A stretch of DNA of 63,668 nucleotides, filler included, from Olpidium bornovanus S191 (GCA_017911155.1; 27 parts of 27 records of this genome joined end to end with filler, not necessarily neighbours in it), one strand, 5' to 3'; numbered from the whole stretch's first letter, positions 25,771 through 38,223 are shown. Numbers and translations are program-made. The notes: generated by a model not told the origin, from the sequence alone.

Positions 25771-26116
25771 CAGAAGTTTATTCGATGATCTGGGCAGGGC
25801 ACAGGAGTTCCTCGCGCAATCCAACAAACGAGCGCAGTTGGCGACTTTGAAGACCAAAACTGTGATGATGGTTCTTCGGTGGGCCCTCATGGGTCAGAAG
25901 GTAAGAGGATGTTATGAAGTGCGACGCGCGATCGACACGTGCGCTGACGCCAATTTTCTTCCCTGGGTTTGCGTCGAAAAGCAAGGGCCATCGATTGCGG
26001 AGTGCCTGCACATTCTGGGTTACAAGGAAGCTCTGCGCCGCCTTGAAGTCGCGGTAGAGTTTTGCAGAGATTTAGAGGAGCCCTCGCGGACGGTCGCGAC
26101 AGTCTCAGAAGCGTGA
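25771..26116 (+). CDS. C-terminal anticodon-binding domain of a (probably mitochondrial) glutamyl-tRNA synthetase
   Basis: MMVLRWALMGQK[81-nt intron]QGPSIAECLHILGYKEALRRL matches the LR.ALTG...GP.I.E....LG..E.L.RL motif. Confidence 0.75.
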
Positions 26117-27157
26117 AATTTTTTGCGCCCGTCGTCGTCCTCGCCGTCCCCGTCCGGCCCTGCGGGATGACGACGCCGCCGCGTGCACGCTGGACGCGTT
26201 TTTGAGAAAGTGGGAGAGGAGGAGAGGGATTTGTCGACGCTCTTGTCCGGCCACGGGGCCGAAGGAAAAAGACCCCCACGCCGAAGGAAGATGCCGGAGA
26301 GGACGACGACGACGACGACGTCGAGTGAAGGGAGAAAGGTGCTAGAAGAAGTCCGTGGCCGTAGGCGAGACCTGCGAGTTCCCGCCCCGGCCCACACGCG
26401 CGTGGCGCAGTTCGCCTTCCACGGGAAGCTGCAGCTGATCCGACGCCCTTTTCCAAGCCCGCGCGCCTGGCGCCCTCTGGCGCGTCCGCGCCCGCGTTTT
26501 ACCCGAAGTTTGCCGGAATCGGAACGCCGCGCACAGTTTCACTCCCTCCAGCACGCGCACCTCGTGGCCTTTCCGACGCGCTCCCACGTTTTTCCCACAG
26601 TCGCGAAAAACGGAATCCGGATTTGCAAGTCCCCGTATTGCCGAAAAATTCCGGGTGATAAATTAGCACTTCTGTAAACAGAAATGAAAAACAAAAAGTT
26701 GATTGAAGGGAAGCGAGAGAGGAAAAGGAACAGGAATTTTTTTCTCTTCGACGAAGCGGGGGAATTCTTCCGACGAACGCGGTCCCGCCACCACCCGGAG
26801 CGCGAGAAATAGCGGCTTGATGGCGTTCCGGCGCACTGTGCCCCGCCTCACGGTGCGCCGGCGCGCCATGTGCTGTTACTGTACGTTTCGCCTTGTGTGG
26901 CGTATTCTTGGCGCCTTTCGCCAGGGAACCAGACGTCCTCGTCACCGCGCGGCTCGGGAGGCAGCGCGTCCTCCCGTCGCCCCCTCCCTCTCCCCCCCGC
27001 CCGCCCCTTTCCCAACCCGCCCCTAACTATCTCTCTCGCGCTTCCCTCCTCCCCCCCACACCCCCCCCCTCCTCCCACCCCGCCCTTGCCGACCCCAAGT
27101 GCTGCACATATCCCTCGGCGCCGGATCGCAAGAGATTGGACGAACGAGGCAGCGCTG

Positions 27158-27244
27158 ATGAACCGCAGCGGGAGGATCTCGCTCCTGCTGGCGCTGACTG
27201 CCGCGTTCTTTTTTGTCGAGCTGGCGGTCGGATATGTGGCCAGG
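27158..27244 (+). CDS. First exon of a Zrc1/Cot1 (ZnT1-like) CDF zinc transporter
   Basis: MNRSGRISLLLALTAAFFFVELAVGYVA followed by AG|GTACAG. Phase matches the exon starting at 43073. Confidence 0.8.
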
Positions 27245-28062
27245 TACAGCTGTTCGTGGAAAGCGTGTGCGTGTGGGGGACGAAACCAGCATCGAAACCC
27301 CGGCAGGCGGGGGTGTGGGCCGGGAGAACGTGGAAGCCGCGGCGGGTTCCTTGAAGGTCGTGTGCGAGGTTTCGCGGGGAGGCGGGCGCTCGCGTTTCGG
27401 TAGGCGCCGGCCCCCGCGGCTGGGTAAGTTTCGAAGGCACTTACAGTTGTTCCGACCACGTCACACGCGCGCGTGCGCGCCTCCCCCCCCCCCCCCCCCC
27501 CCCCCCCCCCACCACAACCCCCCCCCCCCCCCCCCCGCCCCCCCCCCCCCCCCCCCCCCCCCTCACACACACACACACAAACACGCGGATCGTCAGACGA
27601 AAGAGAAAAAAAAAAATAAAAACAAAAGGGGAATAACAAAAAACGAGGAAAAACGCGTTCACAGCGAACGCTTTCTGTTGTCGCAACGCGCCTTCCCCTT
27701 CCCCTTTCACCCCGTCTCACCCGACCCACGCCGACCTTCACCGCAACCACCCCACCGGTGTATTTTTTTTTTTCCCTTTCCTTTCCTCTTTTTCCCCTTC
27801 ACCCCAACTCCGGCTTCGCTCCCCGCTTCCGGGGAGACACACATGAAGACGGTGCCCTTTTTTTGCTGATTTGTCTGAAACCTCCCTTTTTTTTCGTGTT
27901 TCGACCGGAGGAGAGGAGAAAAGGGAACGCAAAAACAATAAACAACAAACGGCCGCCGCCGCNNNNNNNNNNNNNNNNNNNNNNNNNNNNNNNNNNNNNN
28001 NNNNNNTTAATTAATTAANNNNNNNNNNNNNNNNNNNNNNNNNNNNNNNNNNNNNNNNNNNN

Positions 28063-29193
28063 ACATGGTACGGTCTGCCTACTGCCTCCGGTAATGGCAT
28101 TCGCCCGTCGCAGGAATGCGCATCTGGCATCCTGAGGCTCACTGTTTGCCTTCGACGTTGATGCCCGTTGGCCCAAAAACGCCCGCGTGCCAAACCAGGA
28201 GCTGAATAATGCCACCTACTCGGACACGGCAAAGGAGATCTCGTTTGACAAGGCATTCGCCGGCCCCGGATTTTTCGACCTTGAAAGCAAATCCTACTAT
28301 TCGCCGAACTCGCTAGTCCCGCCGGCGATCACAGGGCTGCTCAACGGCGACGCGCTGCGGGCGTTCAAGGACAACGGGATTTACTATGTCTGCGGGGACA
28401 ACACCCGCCCCGAACTTGTGAACAACGCGTCGTCATATCACGCGCTCCGGACCACCGTTGCCTACAACGGGTTCGACGGCATCGTCATCATTCCCCGCTA
28501 CGCCACCAGCATCTACTACAACGTCACGACTTTCGCCGAGGAAGAGTACCTTTTCAACACGATCTACTACAACTTGCCGGAGGTCCGCGGAAGTAGGTTA
28601 TTTCGGGCTGGGCATTTCGGGATGGTAGTCGCGCAAACCCCGCGCTGATTCACGAAAATCCGATTTCGCCAGCGTGGAGAGAAATCTACGCTTTGGAGGT
28701 GTCCAGGGTGACATTGCAAACGTTGTCTCTGCCCCCGGACGCTTACATGTTTCACCAAGCGAACATGAGGGCCAGCGACATAACGCAAGCAGTCCAGCCG
28801 TACTTCCCAAACGGCAAATTCTCCCTCCTGATGCTCTGGGTTGAGATGGTGACAGAGAGCATCCGAAAGCGAGTTAATTGGCCAATCGTCTCGAGGCCTA
28901 TGCAGGAAATAGTCCAGATATTTCTCGACAGGGAGAACCGTGATACCTGCGGCGTGAAGTTTGCCAAGCTGATCAAAGGCAACCAGCTCATCGGTGTTCA
29001 GGTGACAGGGGGTACGAAGGAGTGCCCCTGGCCGATATCCGTTCCGGGCAGCGTGAAAGGCCGAGACACGGTCAGCGCTTGGAAGTTCGAGCAGCTGTCG
29101 CCAGCCGATCCTCTAACTGTCTGGGTCCCCACCAAGCCCAACCAAACACAGACAATCCTGCTCGACCCGCCTGTCCCCTGGGTGATGTCCTAG
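28063..29193 (+). CDS. Agd3-like (CE18) polysaccharide deacetylase, C-terminal part
   Basis: ELNNATYSD..KEI.F, SLVPPAITGLLNGDAL.AFKDNGI..VCGDNTRPEL, PRYATSIYYN, DAYMFHQANMR, SLLMLWVE.V...VNWPI. These match my recollection of Aspergillus Agd3 motifs. Confidence 0.85.
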
Positions 29194-30579
29194 TTAAAGA
29201 GCCAAACTCTCCTAACGAGTTCATGGNNNNNNNNNNNNNNNNNNNNNNNNNNNNNNNNNNNNNNNNNNNNTTAATTAATTAANNNNNNNNNNNNNNNNNN
29301 NNNNNNNNNNNNNNNNNNNNNNNNNNCATGGGTGCTTCGGGCCGGTCACCGACCGCACTCCGCACGCCTTTGTCCGCCGAAGTTCGCACATCAGATGGAA
29401 ACGAAATAAACGGAAAAATTACACCAGCGTTCGCAACGTAGATGTGCCGAGCGCCGCGCGAAATAAAAGTGATGCGGCCCGCGAAGAAGTTTGCCACGCC
29501 GCAAACATAAATTCCCGAGAGCCTTTGCCAGTTTTACCCCAGTGGCCTGGCGGGGAACGTGCGGTTCTATCGTCTCGGCAGTTGTTGCTGACCAGAATGA
29601 AACCAGGGTAAAAACGCGGCCGGCCCCGCGCTCGCCCCCCTCCGGTCGGGGCGGCCTACTGTTTGCGAGCTGACGGGTCTCATCAGGCAAAAGGCCGGAA
29701 ACATTTTCGAACCCGGCTGCAAAGACCATCGGCCGCGTCGTTTAAAGGCAACGGGAAAACATCTGCGTGCAACCACCCAACATCTTTCCCCTTCCTTCTC
29801 TCACCCTCCCATCCGACAACGGCGGGTGACTAGAAGCTGCGGCCAGCGTTTTGCGGGCGGCCACCGCGGGGTGCTGAGTCTGTTTACCTGCAGACGTTTT
29901 GCGCGCGCCCCGGAATCTGGTTTCCGATAGCCAAATTCCGGGAGAAAAGCTCGCGCACGTTGCGTGATCTGTCGGCAATCGTTTTTGATTTCTGGCTTTG
30001 TCGCGCAAATTATTCTCGACAGCGTTCGGACATTCGAAACGCTCGGCTGTTCCCCCCAAGTACTCCGCGATTGTTGACTCTGAAAACGTCGGCGTCAGAC
30101 CTTGTCGGCGCCGAGTCAGGCACTTATGGAATGATCGGGAAGCAGAGTATTGATGCGCATTGGCCGGCTTAGCGCCGGAATTTCCGCGTATACGCGGTCA
30201 TTGAGGCCCACGGCCGGGTCCAGGCTAAGCGAACGGGTCCGCGCTGTCCTTCGAAGAGGTGCCCGACCATCGTAATAGGGCGCAACCCGGTTTTTTTTCC
30301 CTCTTCCTCATTTCCTTTTTGGTGCGCTTTGCCCTCCCTTGCGCTTCTTTTTTTCGGCACNNNNNNNNNNNNNNNNNNNNNNNNNNNNNNNNNNNNNNNN
30401 NNNNTTAATTAATTAANNNNNNNNNNNNNNNNNNNNNNNNNNNNNNNNNNNNNNNNNNNNTCCACACCCCCCCCCCCCCCCCCCGGGCGAAATTTTTCTC
30501 TCCGAGCGAAATTTTCTTTTGCTGCGGCACAGAAAAAAAATGGGGGGGGAGCGGGCGACGGCCTTTTTCCTTCGCGCTA

Positions 30580-30920
30580 CCCGCCTGGCGACGCTTCACT
30601 TTCTCCAGCGCAATCGACTTGAAGTCTCTCGACGCATATTTGGTCTCATTCCTCGTCAGCACCTTCTCCGCCTCGTATACTGGCCTTCGCTTCGGCGATT
30701 GCTCGATGATGTAGGCCTTGACGTGGGGCGGGATGGACGAGTCGCCCTTCTCCTTCGTCGCAAACTGTGAGTGCGTGATTGTGTGATGGTGCCGGTGATG
30801 CGAGGGCCGAGCCGCTAACTGGGAGGCCGACGGCGCGGCGGCGGAGGCGGCAGAGGCGGCGGCAGACAAGGCGACCGGCGGCGGCTGCTGCTGCTGCTGC
30901 TGCACGCCTGCGTCCGCCAT
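30580..30920 (-). CDS. Probable first exon of an unidentified gene
   Basis: ATG at 30920, poly-Q/Ala start, then ordered sequence YIIEQSPKRRPVYEAEKVLTRNETKY. No family recognised. Confidence 0.35.
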
Positions 30921-32530
30921 GTGTACGGCTGAAGGTGCTCTCCGTTCGTCGTGAGTGCGTGCGTGCTTGATGCGTGAGTGTGAGGGGCTAGTTTGGCGGG
31001 AAAAGGGCGTCTCGGAAGTTTGACGCTGGCGCGGCGGGCGCGCCGTTGCGTTTTTTTCCGTCCAGGAACATTCGGGTGGGGATTTTGTCCGGCCGGAGAA
31101 TTGTTTTTCGAAGGGGAACGGGCGTTGAATCGCCACATGCTGATTGCGGGTGCCATAGCAACGCCCACCCAGCGGCCGAAAAGGAACGGGCAGCAGCAAC
31201 GTCAGCAGCACGCGGGGGACGGCCGTGTTGCAGAACGGAGGCGGCCTGCTTGGCAACGTTGACCGCCAACGTGACCGCGGGGCGCATGGCCTGTGCACGG
31301 GCCATGGGACGGGCGGCCCGTGCGCTTTTGTTCACGCAAGAGCGAAATCTCGCTGGAAATGCGTGCGTGAGGCGATTAATGGGACGGATGTGGGGGGGCA
31401 GGGGGTAGTTTTTTGTATCCCTGCCGTTGTTACCAGCGCCGGGACCAAGCCTCTGCCGCCCATCTTTGTCGCAGCTGGGTTCTCTTAACTATCCCCTAGC
31501 TGCGGCTGGGGGAAGAACGAGGGAACGGGAACATAAATTTTGCAGGAAAAGGTCGTTTTGCAGGGGCCGCACGCTTCGGACGGTGATTTCTGAATGAGCG
31601 GCGCCCTTTTTTGGGTTGAAGAGGCGACGCTTTTCTAGACTTTCCAATGTACTGTGGCGGGGCCGTTCCGGGTAGCTCTCTGGAAACGGCTGGACTACCG
31701 GCCCAAAGAACAGCGGCGGCAGCTGCGTATTCTACGCGTCTGCTCGCCCTGCCTCGGCAAATGCCGCTCAAGACTTTGCAGCAAAGCGGGCGTCGAATAC
31801 CCCGCCTGTAGGAAACCGACGAGCGCAGAAGAAGTTGACTGCCGCACCTGCCTGGCGGGGGCTTTTTGTTGCTATTAACATTTTTATACGCTGCGCACAC
31901 CATGTTCATGTCATTGGACGGCGCAGAGCTTCTGCGAATGGGCGAACGGGGCTGGGAGGTGGTTAGATGTCGATCTCTCATCATTATTATAATTCAACTC
32001 CCAATTCTATGTCAGCCATCTGGGTGAAGGGGGAAAGGTGTGCACGTCACGTAACGCATAGAATCGAGAACCCCCCCCCCTGCTTTTAACGAACTTTTCC
32101 CCGCTTTATCTCGGCCCCCACAGTTCCAATTCCCACAAACGTAGTACTAAACGAAAGCCCTCGGCAAGCTCTTTCGCACCGCCATATTCGTTTGGTTTTT
32201 GACGCCTTTATAAAGACAAATTACAGGAACGGTCATTTTAAAGACCATCCAGAAGGCAAAACATGGCAATTTTTGAGGCCTCGGTCGCAGGCGAATTTCC
32301 AGCTGATTGGCATGAAACTTTTCAAGCGGAGAGACGACGTCTCAAAGTATCCGTTGCAAGTACGCAAACAAAATCAGCATTTAGACGACCGAGAATAAGC
32401 GGTTTTTGGTTGAAAACCGGCTTCACAGGANNNNNNNNNNNNNNNNNNNNNNNNNNNNNNNNNNNNNNNNNNNNTTAATTAATTAANNNNNNNNNNNNNN
32501 NNNNNNNNNNNNNNNNNNNNNNNNNNNNNN

Positions 32531-32985
32531 ATGAGCTTATTGCGTTGCGGCTCAGGCAGCTAGAAAGACGGGAAGTCGACCTTGAACGGGCTAAGGAGCG
32601 ACTGGAGAAAGAACGGGAAAAGGCAAAGGAGATGGTGGACTCAGCCCGAACGACACGGGAACAAACCATTGAACCCGGAGAATGGGTCTTAGTGCAGAAT
32701 GATCGAGTATTCAACGAGTTTTGGACAGAGTGGAAGCTCTTGCCTCGGTGGTTTGGGCCCTATGTCGTGGACGAAGTGAACCGAGACACTCGAACTTACG
32801 TCCTTCGTGAGCTGGATGGAACCCCGTTAAAGACTCGATATTCGGAAACTCAGATCCAGCTGTTCTGCCGTCGAACTGGTGAGATGCGAACGGAACCGAC
32901 GCAACTGGAGGCGGAGCTCAGCGAAGAAGATGAGTTGGGACGTGACGAAGAAGAAACAGACCTGCGCTCAAGAATGCACGATTAA
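32531..32985 (+). mobile_element. Ty3/gypsy integrase C-terminal (GPY/F) region
   Basis: EPGEWVLV...WKLLPRWFGPYVV....TYVLRELDG is the GPY/F motif. A purine tract GAAAGGGAG followed by TG at 33220 may be the PPT and 3' LTR start. Confidence 0.85.
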
Positions 32986-33426
32986 CACGTGACGAGCGTA
33001 TTCAAACTACGACGCCCTGATTCCTCGTCGAGGATACGTAGGCAGTCTATGATCGTTGGATACCCATCGGGAGACGCGGGACAAATAAAAAATCGTGCAG
33101 CGTGGGACGTGGAAGATTGCCGGAGGACGCATTCGGGACCGGACCATACTCGCTCATCGACCACGTTTGCCGACAGTGCTATCTGCGGCGTTATGAACGA
33201 ATAGGTCGATGAAAGGGAGTGTGGCGCCTCGAGGCTCGAAACGTCAGGTTGAAGGCGAGGAAGGGATGGTGGCGATCTCGAATGAAGGAGGCCGGGTGAC
33301 CAAGTTTCAACTACCAAATGCCCAGACCAAATTCCAAAACTTGATCTCGAAATTCCACCGTACTCACGGGTTTTTTTTTATTTTGTTTCTCTCTGGAAGA
33401 AAGGGAAAAGGGGAGTGACGTCGCGA

Positions 33427-34180
33427 CTACGGAGCGGGCGGCGTGTCAGCTGCCGCCGAGCCGGGAGCAACGGTCGCCGAGGAAGACCCGCTGGCAGATG
33501 GCGTCGCGGGCACAGCCGCTGAGGAAGGCTTGCTGGTAGCAAGGGGCACGGGGACTGAAGAGGCGAAAGTCAATGACGGAAGGGCGACTGCGGCGGTTGT
33601 CCGCGACCGCGTGCTACGATGACTGCTGGGGGCGGTGGCGGTCGCGATCCTGCGACTTGTTGTGGAGGCGGAGGTGGAGCCAGATGTTGCCGGGGCAGGC
33701 GCGGGTATGGTCGTCGACGCGGAGGCGTGGCTGGCGCGAGCTTGCGACCGTGTGACGCGATCCGAAGGGGGAGGAGCGCCCTCGTCCCTGCCGCCTCCCT
33801 CAGGATTGTCGTCGTCGTCGCGCGGAATGTCCCGCCAAATGTCTGAGAAGAGAAAATTTTGTGAGCGTGTTTGGCCCTGGTCGACCCGGGACATGTCAAT
33901 GGGAGGATCCTCTCGTGCTACCGCGAGCCGGCGGAGAAAATTATAGGATTCGGCGCTTTGGTGGAGCTCCGGGAACCAAGAGTTCCGAGCGCGGGAAGAA
34001 ATGGCTGCCAAGGCATCGTCTGCAAGCTCGGCGTCTGGCTGTGGCGGAGAGACCGGGTGCATGAGGACGCGAACCTGAATATAACTGTTGTCGGCGACGG
34101 GAGGGGGGCGCGGATCGTAGTCGCGATCTTCGGGGCCGCCGGGGCCACAATACTGCGTGTCTGACGGCAAGAACAGGAAT
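33427..34180 (-). CDS. Unidentified intronless ORF, open to the contig edge, antisense and downstream of the gypsy integrase
   Basis: About 250 open codons with an S/T/A/P-rich C-terminus. No ATG start seen (the track start is TTG). Confidence 0.3.
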
Positions 34181-34904
34181 NNNNNNNNNNNNNNNNNNNN
34201 NNNNNNNNNNNNNNNNNNNNNNNNTTAATTAATTAANNNNNNNNNNNNNNNNNNNNNNNNNNNNNNNNNNNNNNNNNNNNCCCCCTTCTCTTTCCTTCCG
34301 GCGATTAAATAATTATAAAACAGACCTTAAAACACCCGAAACACTGCACGACCGGGAAGGGGGGGAAGAGGGGGACCGGAAACCCGGCATTTTTTTTTTC
34401 TTCTGTTTACGGGATTCGGCAGGGACAGAGCCCGGGTCCCCGGGATGCTCGCAAATTAAACACGTGTGGGGTTCGCGCGGACTGGGCGTGAGAGGGCTAG
34501 GCTTCGCGGACTCGCGGGAATTTCGCGGAGCGCGAAGACGGCGCCCGGCGGGGGGCCGGGGCGGGGATCCGGGCAGAAGTCGCGGGAGTTTTTTTCAGCC
34601 CGCGGATCCGCAGAGGACTTCGGGGTTTGCGTAGCGAGGAACGACTCTGACGTCGTCCTGTTCCTCAGCTCGTCGGCCGACGGGCATAAATAGCGTCCTC
34701 CCCGCTCCGTAGCCCCTTCTTCACCGCAGACAGTTTTTACAGCTTTCCGGAAGTATCCCCTTCCTTACTTGCTAGCGCTTCACCTTACCCGTAGCTCTCC
34801 CTCGGACCTGACGTCGCAATACAAAGAGACTTGAACTTTGCCGAACCTTGCCGCAGTACAGTACTTTATGACCGTTCGATGGAGTTGCAACTGAGGAGGA
34901 GCGC

Positions 34905-35610
34905 CGACGTTATCGCGAGTTGGTCCGAAGCCTGATGTACCTTGTTCTTTGCACAAGGCCTGATATCGCAATGGCAACAAGTTTCTTAGTCCGATTAATT
35001 GCTAATCCTTCACCAGAATGTTGGAATTCTCTAAAGCGCATTCTTCGTTTCCTCAAAGGAATTGCATCTTTCGGGTTACGCTTTATTGCTGGACCTGCAG
35101 CGACACTTGTCAACCAGTTATCAGCTTATGCTGGGTGTGATTTCGCCAATGATCCGACTGATCGCCGATCGATCACAGGCTATGTGATCTTTTATAATTC
35201 CAGTCTCATTGCTTGGAAATCAGTCAAGCAATCATGTACGACACTCTCTTCAAGTGAAGCAGAATTAGTTGCTGCTTTGGCGACTACTCAAGAAGTGATC
35301 TGGTTACGTCAGATTGTGACCACATTGTGTGGTCCTCAACCAACTACGAATATCTTCATCGATAATCGTGCAGTCATCGAGTTAGCTAGCCGCACAACTC
35401 ACAACGCTCGCACATTGATGTGCGTCATTTCTTTGTTCGCGACCAAGTTACCCATGGTCAAGTTATCGTTGTTCCCATTGCTACCACCGCGAACGTCGCC
35501 GATACTTTTACCAAAAGTCTCCCGAAGCCCCGTTTTCTCAAATGTGTTGCTTCACTCGGTCTCGTTCATCACTCCCCTGCTGTTCCCAACAAGGAGGAGT
35601 GTTAGAATTA
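34905..35610 (+). mobile_element. Degraded Ty1/copia RT C-terminus and RNase H, PPT and start of the 3' LTR (TGTTAG at 35600)
   Basis: YRELVRSLMYLVLCTRPDIA, YAGCDFANDPTDRRSITGY, IAWKSVKQ...LSSSEAE, HIDVRHFFVRD, NVADTFTK. Frameshift near 35415 (the KH of TKHID is missing). AAGGAGGAG lies directly before TG. Confidence 0.93.
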
Positions 35611-36964
35611 GCGCCTGTGCGTCTGGTCGGAACCCCTCGATGTACAGTAACGTAGTTTCCTCGTAGCAATGGAAGTTGCGCGACGCGTCCTGCACTCCTG
35701 CGGAAACCCTCAAAACGAACACTTCGTCCTCGTTTCTGCCTTTCACCCCTTTGATGCGTTTCCCGTCCTGCTTCTGAGTTTCCGTTTCGAGCTTCTGCGC
35801 TTGGGGGGGAGTGTCGTAGTCAAGCGCTGTCCCCCTCACACATGCTGTTTGTACCGGGTACCATTATTCGGCCCTTACTCTCCGATTATCTTCCAATACA
35901 CATAACCCTGTCCAAACGTGAAAGACTGGGCGTGAATTGCCCACGAGAGGTAGTTACCGCCATCTGCAGCAAGAGCAGGGAAATCGAAGGGGGCGAGGCG
36001 GGGACGCACAGAGAGAGAAAGTACGTGAGCCATGGGATCGGGTGTTTGGAAGTTCGGAGGCTGAAGACTAGCGAGCGACGAGGAAGTTTCTGGACAGGGA
36101 CAAAAGAAAAACGGCTGGGGAGGGGAGCAGAAAGGAAGCTCAAAAGGGTTGACGGCGAACGGTGGTGCGGTTCCGCCGGTTCGCTTCTCGTCGGGACGGA
36201 CGGTTCTCGTCGGGAGCTTAAAACTCGGCTGACAGGCAATTAGGCGAGCGACGAGCGGCAAAGCGGTGAGTGGGTCGAGCAACGAGCAAGGTCGACGAAA
36301 GTGTCGGCGGCAGCAGTCGTTGAGGACTTTCGAGGAGGACGAGGACCGGAGTACGAGGACCGGAGTGTGTGTGTGTGGTGGGGCATGGGTGACGAGTGCA
36401 ACGGTGCTGATAATGTTTGTGACTATTCTTCTCCTGTTTGCGTTCGAGAGGTGGGGGAGACTCGGAGAGCTCCCCACCCGATCGGTTGCATTTCCAATGA
36501 TCACGTGACTAGTAGAGCGCATTTTTTTTCAGGTCACAACAGGGATAAAGGGGTAAAAAAAAAAAGGGGGGGGGCTGAGCCGTGGGTACACTGCGCGTAC
36601 CGGCCCCTGTTATACTCCTGGAGAATCCTCAGATCTCCGTCATATAAAATGCCTTGCCGAGCTAGAGAAGCGGCGCCACGAATACAGTTTTCCTCTTCTC
36701 CTCCGTCTTACGGGGTTCATCGCGTTTCCGTCTGCGGGTCCTCAAATACTCTTGGCTCTACTTTTACAACAAAAGGGACGACCAACCCCCCTTCGCGCGT
36801 GTTAAAGCCGAGCCGGAGGAGAAGGCGAAGAAGATGCGCCGCGCGGGTCCGCGAGAACGGCGGGNNNNNNNNNNNNNNNNNNNNNNNNNNNNNNNNNNNN
36901 NNNNNNNNTTAATTAATTAANNNNNNNNNNNNNNNNNNNNNNNNNNNNNNNNNNNNNNNNNNNN

Positions 36965-38111
36965 CATGTCAGATCGCACGGTCGCACAGTGTTATTGGTC
37001 AGAAGTCTCCAACGCCATGTTGCCAGACGGAATGGGGTGACGCCTTGAGCGAAAACCGAGATTGGGACGGGCGGGATATCACCTCCACAGAGCCATTGCC
37101 AAAACGGCATCGCCCCTAATAAACCCTTCGTCGTAAGCGAGCATGCTTCCGTGGTGCTGCTGCACATTCTCAGCCAAAACCTTGTTCACTTTTCGACCAG
37201 ACTTGATGTTGTATTTTAAGTACAGCCGCTTCTCAGCAACGTGGAAGAACTCCGTCACGATGTACGAGGCAAGGTTGTACAGGTTAGCGTTCTTGGGTTC
37301 CTTCCGCAAGCGCGTCAAAAGCATCCACATTTGCAGATGGTTCACGGAAAGCCAAGTTTGGTAGCAAGTGTCCAGGCCGAGCACTTACGACAGGCAGAAA
37401 ATACAAGCCGCAAAGTTCAGCGCGAAAAATGCGTGGGCGACAGTAAGCAAGCAAAAGAGGGCGGCAGACAGGGGACTCCGCAACAATATGCAAGAGTACC
37501 TTCATTGTAAAACTTCTGGTGTGCTTCCTGGTGCAACTGCAAGTCTTTCGCCAAGGAGAAAGCAACCCCGCCGGTCACGTTGGACCTTCCGTACGCTCCA
37601 ACAAGGAATCCAACTCGCGCCCGAAACCTCCGGTAAAGGTTCTTTTCTACTGCCGGAATAAGCAAGGACATAGGAGCCCGCATGTAGGTCGTCCCGATGT
37701 TGGGCAGCTTCGGGACCGACATGGCTCGCGGGTCGGTTTGCAACGCGCGCGCCGCTTCCTTGCTCCGCGTGATGCGCGGTGCGTCCTCGTTCCGCCGGGC
37801 GCTCGAACTAAATGCTGCGACGGCAGCGGCTTTGGCTGCGGCTCGGTGCTGCGGACACGAAGTGGGCGATGAGCAGGGCAAACGGCGCGCACTCCGTTTA
37901 TCGCTCGTTGTGGAGCGCTCGACAAGACCGGCGAGCGCCGCGCCGGAGGCCGACAGAAAGTGTCCTGCCTGGCTGACGTCGTGCGCGCAGCTCTGGCCGC
38001 AGTTTGTATCGGACAAGGGCTTCGGAGTTTTACAAGCGCACGGCCTGGGCTTACCGCGGAGACCCGAAAGGCCGACAAGCCTCGCGAGGTGATGGCCATC
38101 GCAGAAGCCAT
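36965..38111 (-). CDS. CBP3: Cbp3/UQCC1 ubiquinol-cytochrome c reductase chaperone, 3' end truncated
   Basis: LGLDTCYQTWLSVNHLQMWMLLTRLR and HHGSMLAYDEG...DAVLAMALWR. Arg/Ser/Ala-rich N-terminus from ATG 38111 or 38099 resembles a mitochondrial presequence. Confidence 0.88.
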
Positions 38112-38213
38112 GGAGGCGGTGTGCGCGCAGCGAAGCGACGGCGGGGACGGCTGCGGTTGCGCCTTTGTGTGGATATCACGGCCTTCGGCGATTAAGGCCC
38201 CGCACATTCGGTG

Positions 38214-38223
38214 ATCACGTGAC
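38214..38223. promoter_or_regulatory. RTCACGTGAC E-box (Cbf1/USF/TFE-type bHLH site), one of four seen
   Basis: ATCACGTGAC about 100 bp upstream of the CBP3 ATG. The same 10-mer class occurs at 16791, 20506 and 36500. Confidence 0.45.

Noticed and set aside
29327-30360. Whole contig scanned for genes or RNAs
   Set aside because: No recognisable protein motif, tRNA or repeat structure.
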